64,000 nt of DNA. Source: Gemmatales bacterium. Its GTDB lineage: Bacteria; Planctomycetota; Planctomycetia; Gemmatales; HRBIN36. Under the pieces are notes generated by a model. It was not told the origin of the DNA. It worked only from the letters and a program-made list of their open reading frames with translations, and ran no database searches. The position numbers were made by a program, and so were the translations under genes. Of the stretch, positions 61,545-64,000 are shown one piece after another (the first letter of the stretch is position 1; each line of letters begins with the position of its first letter). The stretch covers positions 130,773 through 194,772 of the forward strand of contig JBEPZY010000008.1 of the NCBI GenBank assembly GCA_041640595.1, written 5' to 3'.

Positions 61545-62828
61545 GTGCTGGCCAAAAGCTGCTGTCCTTACTGCTGGGAAGAGTTTGACACGGCCGATGT
61601 GCTGTGGGTGTCTGCTCACGAATCGTTGTTGGGCGATCCGCTCCTGGGACCGGACAAGCCGTTGCGATTTCTGCCGAGTGTGTTCACGCTGAGCGGAGAG
61701 GCCGTGGATTTGATGGGTATGGTTTGCCGGTACCTGGCTTGTCCGCATTGTCATCTCGGTTTGCCGCGAGCAGCGCTGGAGATGGCACCCCTTTACTTTT
61801 CGGTGCTGGGGACGCCGGCTTCTGGCAAATCGTTTTACCTGGCCGCTCTCACCTGGCAATTACGCCGACTGCTGCCTGCACAATTTGCCCTGGACTTCGC
61901 CGATGCCGAACCCGCACTCAATCTCGCCCTGGCCGAGTACGAGCAAACTCTTTTCCTGCATCCGCAGGGAGACCGCTTTATTCCGCTGGCCAATCTAATC
62001 CGCAAGACGGAAACGGTCGGGGCGATGTATGAGTCGGTGAATTATGGCGAACACAGTGTGCGGTATTCGAAGCCGTTTCTCTTTGTGTTGCGGCCAAATC
62101 CACGCCATCCGGCTTATAAACGGGCGGACGAAGTGCAGCGCATGCTCTGCCTGTACGACAATGCGGGGGAGCATTTCCTGCCCGGTCAGGACGATCCCCA
62201 GGCTCCGGTGACCTGGCACCTGGCGCGATCGCAGGTGTGGATTTACGTTTTCGATATGACGGCGGACCCGCGTTTCCGCACGGAGTTGCTGAAGTTGTAC
62301 CAGCGGCAAAATGGTCAGGTGGGGATTGATTACGTTTTCTCGCAGCGACCAGAACGGCAGGATTTGGTGCTGGCCGAAGCAGTCGCGCGAGTGCGGCGGT
62401 TGACCCAGCTTCCCTCCACACAGATGTTCGACAAACTGCTGGTTGTGGCCGCCAGCAAGGCGGATGTCTGGTATCCACTCATCCGTGAAGACCGATTGAA
62501 CGAGGAGCCGTGGGGAGTGGTACGCGGCCTGGCCGGGCTCGACTCTGACCGCATCGTTCGCCGATCGCAGTTGCTGGAGCAGCTCCTGCAACAGCATTGT
62601 CCGGAGGTTGTGGGTGCTGCACGGTCGAATTTTACCCGGGTGGTTTTTGTGCCAGTGAGTGCCCTGGGCAGGTTGCCGCATCCAGTCCGCACTGGCGATG
62701 GGCGAATTGTACCTGCTGTCCAACCGCGATCCGTACAACCTTGGGGAGTGGTGGTGCCGTTCCTGCTCGGTTTGATGCATACGCTACCGGGCGCTGTGCT
62801 TTCGCTGCGCAGAGTCGAGAAACTCTAA
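61545..62828 (+). CDS. Zn-ribbon + TRAFAC GTPase (double-GTPase 2 type)
   Basis: CPYC and CPHC zinc knuckles; G1 GTPASGKS; G3 DNAGE; G4 SKAD; G5 VSALG; AGGAG RBS before GTG 61545. Confidence 0.8.
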   Translation: MLAKSCCPYCWEEFDTADVLWVSAHESLLGDPLLGPDKPLRFLPSVFTLSGEAVDLMGMVCRYLACPHCHLGLPRAALEMAPLYFSVLGTPASGKSFYLAALTWQLRRLLPAQFALDFADAEPALNLALAEYEQTLFLHPQGDRFIPLANLIRKTETVGAMYESVNYGEHSVRYSKPFLFVLRPNPRHPAYKRADEVQRMLCLYDNAGEHFLPGQDDPQAPVTWHLARSQVWIYVFDMTADPRFRTELLKLYQRQNGQVGIDYVFSQRPERQDLVLAEAVARVRRLTQLPSTQMFDKLLVVAASKADVWYPLIREDRLNEEPWGVVRGLAGLDSDRIVRRSQLLEQLLQQHCPEVVGAARSNFTRVVFVPVSALGRLPHPVRTGDGRIVPAVQPRSVQPWGVVVPFLLGLMHTLPGAVLSLRRVEKL

Positions 62829-62936
62829 CCGCCAGCCTCGCCCTGCAACCTGTGGCGGGCGGCACCGTCTCCCTCAGCGCCATGTCTGGTGCGCTCCATC
62901 AGCGAGACACCGAAAAATTGCAGAAAGGAAACCGTC

Positions 62937-64000
62937 ATGGTGCACGAATTGTTTTACACCTCGGCCGAACGGGGTCTTGAGCTGGGCACAAGCGGTTTTT
63001 GCACCGTAGCTCGCACACGCGGTTTGCCCAAACGCCTGGAACGCCTTTTGCACGGCCTGAGTGTGTACAAATGGGATCTGCGTTCCGGCCATAATCCGGT
63101 GGTGTACATGTACACGCGAGCCAATCTGGACGGGCAGAGCCTTTTCATCGTGTCGCGTGTTGCACCTGCACCTGCCGATTACTCTGGCCGCAGTAACTAC
63201 TTTGCCCATCATGTCGTGCTGACTGCGAGCGAACTACCCCAGGCCGGGCCGGTCTGGCTAATGCGTCAGCCTGGTTTTCTGGAGCAACAATGGGACGGGC
63301 AGGTGCGGGAACTGGACAGGGGCCGGCCGGTTCCCCAGGGCAATGTTCAACCGCGACGTTGTACCACCTGGGAACGTGTCACCGGCGACGCTGGTTGGGC
63401 CGGACTGCTGCTCAAATATGTCTCCGAGAATCCAACGGCTCCGGTTTACCTGATCGCCGATGATTCGCTTCCCATCCTCGACTTGCTGGACGAAGTGATC
63501 GCGTTGTTGCCGATAGAGAAACGGTGGCAGGCAACCTTTACGACACGCTATATTCAGTTGCCCGGCGAGGTGAGTTGCAGCGTGCGCGTGGTATCGCCCG
63601 GTAGCGAAAAGTTTGCCGAGGCAAAAGCCAGTCCACGCAAAGTGGACCTGACCGCCCTGCGGGGCCACAAGCCTGCCGACGATCCGTACACAGAAGCGGC
63701 TCGCCTGGGTCAGACGGTAACCATCAGCGAACCGCAATATGTGGTGGCCCAGGATGAACCGTTTTTGCCGCCCGGATCGGCCGCATTTGCACAGATGTCC
63801 GGCGGTATGCCACCACCCCGAGCGTCGGCCGTCAGTGCGAACCCATCTCCCGCAGTTGCACCCATGCAGCCGCCCCATCCGCCTCCCATTGTCCCGCGCT
63901 CGCACACTCCTTTCTGGCTCGTGCTGCTCGTGCTGCTCGTGCTGCTGAACCTGCTGCTCGTCGCGGCCCTCGGTGCACTCTTCGCCATCCAGCAGCAAAA
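62937..64000 (+). CDS. GAP1-N2/GAP1-M-like GTPase-associated protein with Pro-rich linker and TM helix (runs off the window end)
   Basis: Manual translation MVHELFYTSAERGL..GTSGFCTVART...DYSGRSNYFAHHVVL...WERVTGDAGWAG...WQATFTT...FWLVLLVLLVLL; AAAGGA RBS; absent from the ORF track because there is no stop in the window. Confidence 0.82.
   Translation, partial: MVHELFYTSAERGLELGTSGFCTVARTRGLPKRLERLLHGLSVYKWDLRSGHNPVVYMYTRANLDGQSLFIVSRVAPAPADYSGRSNYFAHHVVLTASELPQAGPVWLMRQPGFLEQQWDGQVRELDRGRPVPQGNVQPRRCTTWERVTGDAGWAGLLLKYVSENPTAPVYLIADDSLPILDLLDEVIALLPIEKRWQATFTTRYIQLPGEVSCSVRVVSPGSEKFAEAKASPRKVDLTALRGHKPADDPYTEAARLGQTVTISEPQYVVAQDEPFLPPGSAAFAQMSGGMPPPRASAVSANPSPAVAPMQPPHPPPIVPRSHTPFWLVLLVLLVLLNLLLVAALGALFAIQQQ

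Overview
A 64-kb chromosomal window from a Planctomycetota bacterium, probably Gemmatales-like. This is inferred from two DUF1549/DUF1553 (PSD1) proteins, DUF1501, a TIGR03000-domain protein, an ECF sigma factor with a membrane-anchored extension, and LRR proteins. Most genes are housekeeping or planctomycete-typical: pfkA, leuB, csrA, acs, mqnE, larA, mutY, thiO, xerD, cysQ-like, acyP, aquaporin, mscS and a REC-GGDEF cyclase. No rRNA, intact tRNA, cas gene or canonical CRISPR array was seen. The unusual signal is mostly intergenic. (1) About ten dispersed repeat-spacer-repeat micro-units each have their own ~25-45 bp direct repeat but a near-constant 68-79 bp period, and two duplicate a gene's stop codon. 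This geometry fits off-target Cas1-Cas2 integration scars (hypothesis). (2) A GGA-hairpin-rich region lies behind a TATAAT promoter and resembles a CsrB/Rsm-type CsrA sponge. (3) A 304-bp IS10-like MITE carries a 9-bp target duplication. (4) Six CCACTGG/A heptamer arrays are confined to the right third of the window. Notable proteins are a tandem membrane-anchored GTPase pair, an ABC exporter with a degenerate nucleotide-binding domain, and a double-GTPase2 + GAP1-N2 conflict-type system at the right edge. All family calls come from motif recognition, not database searches.
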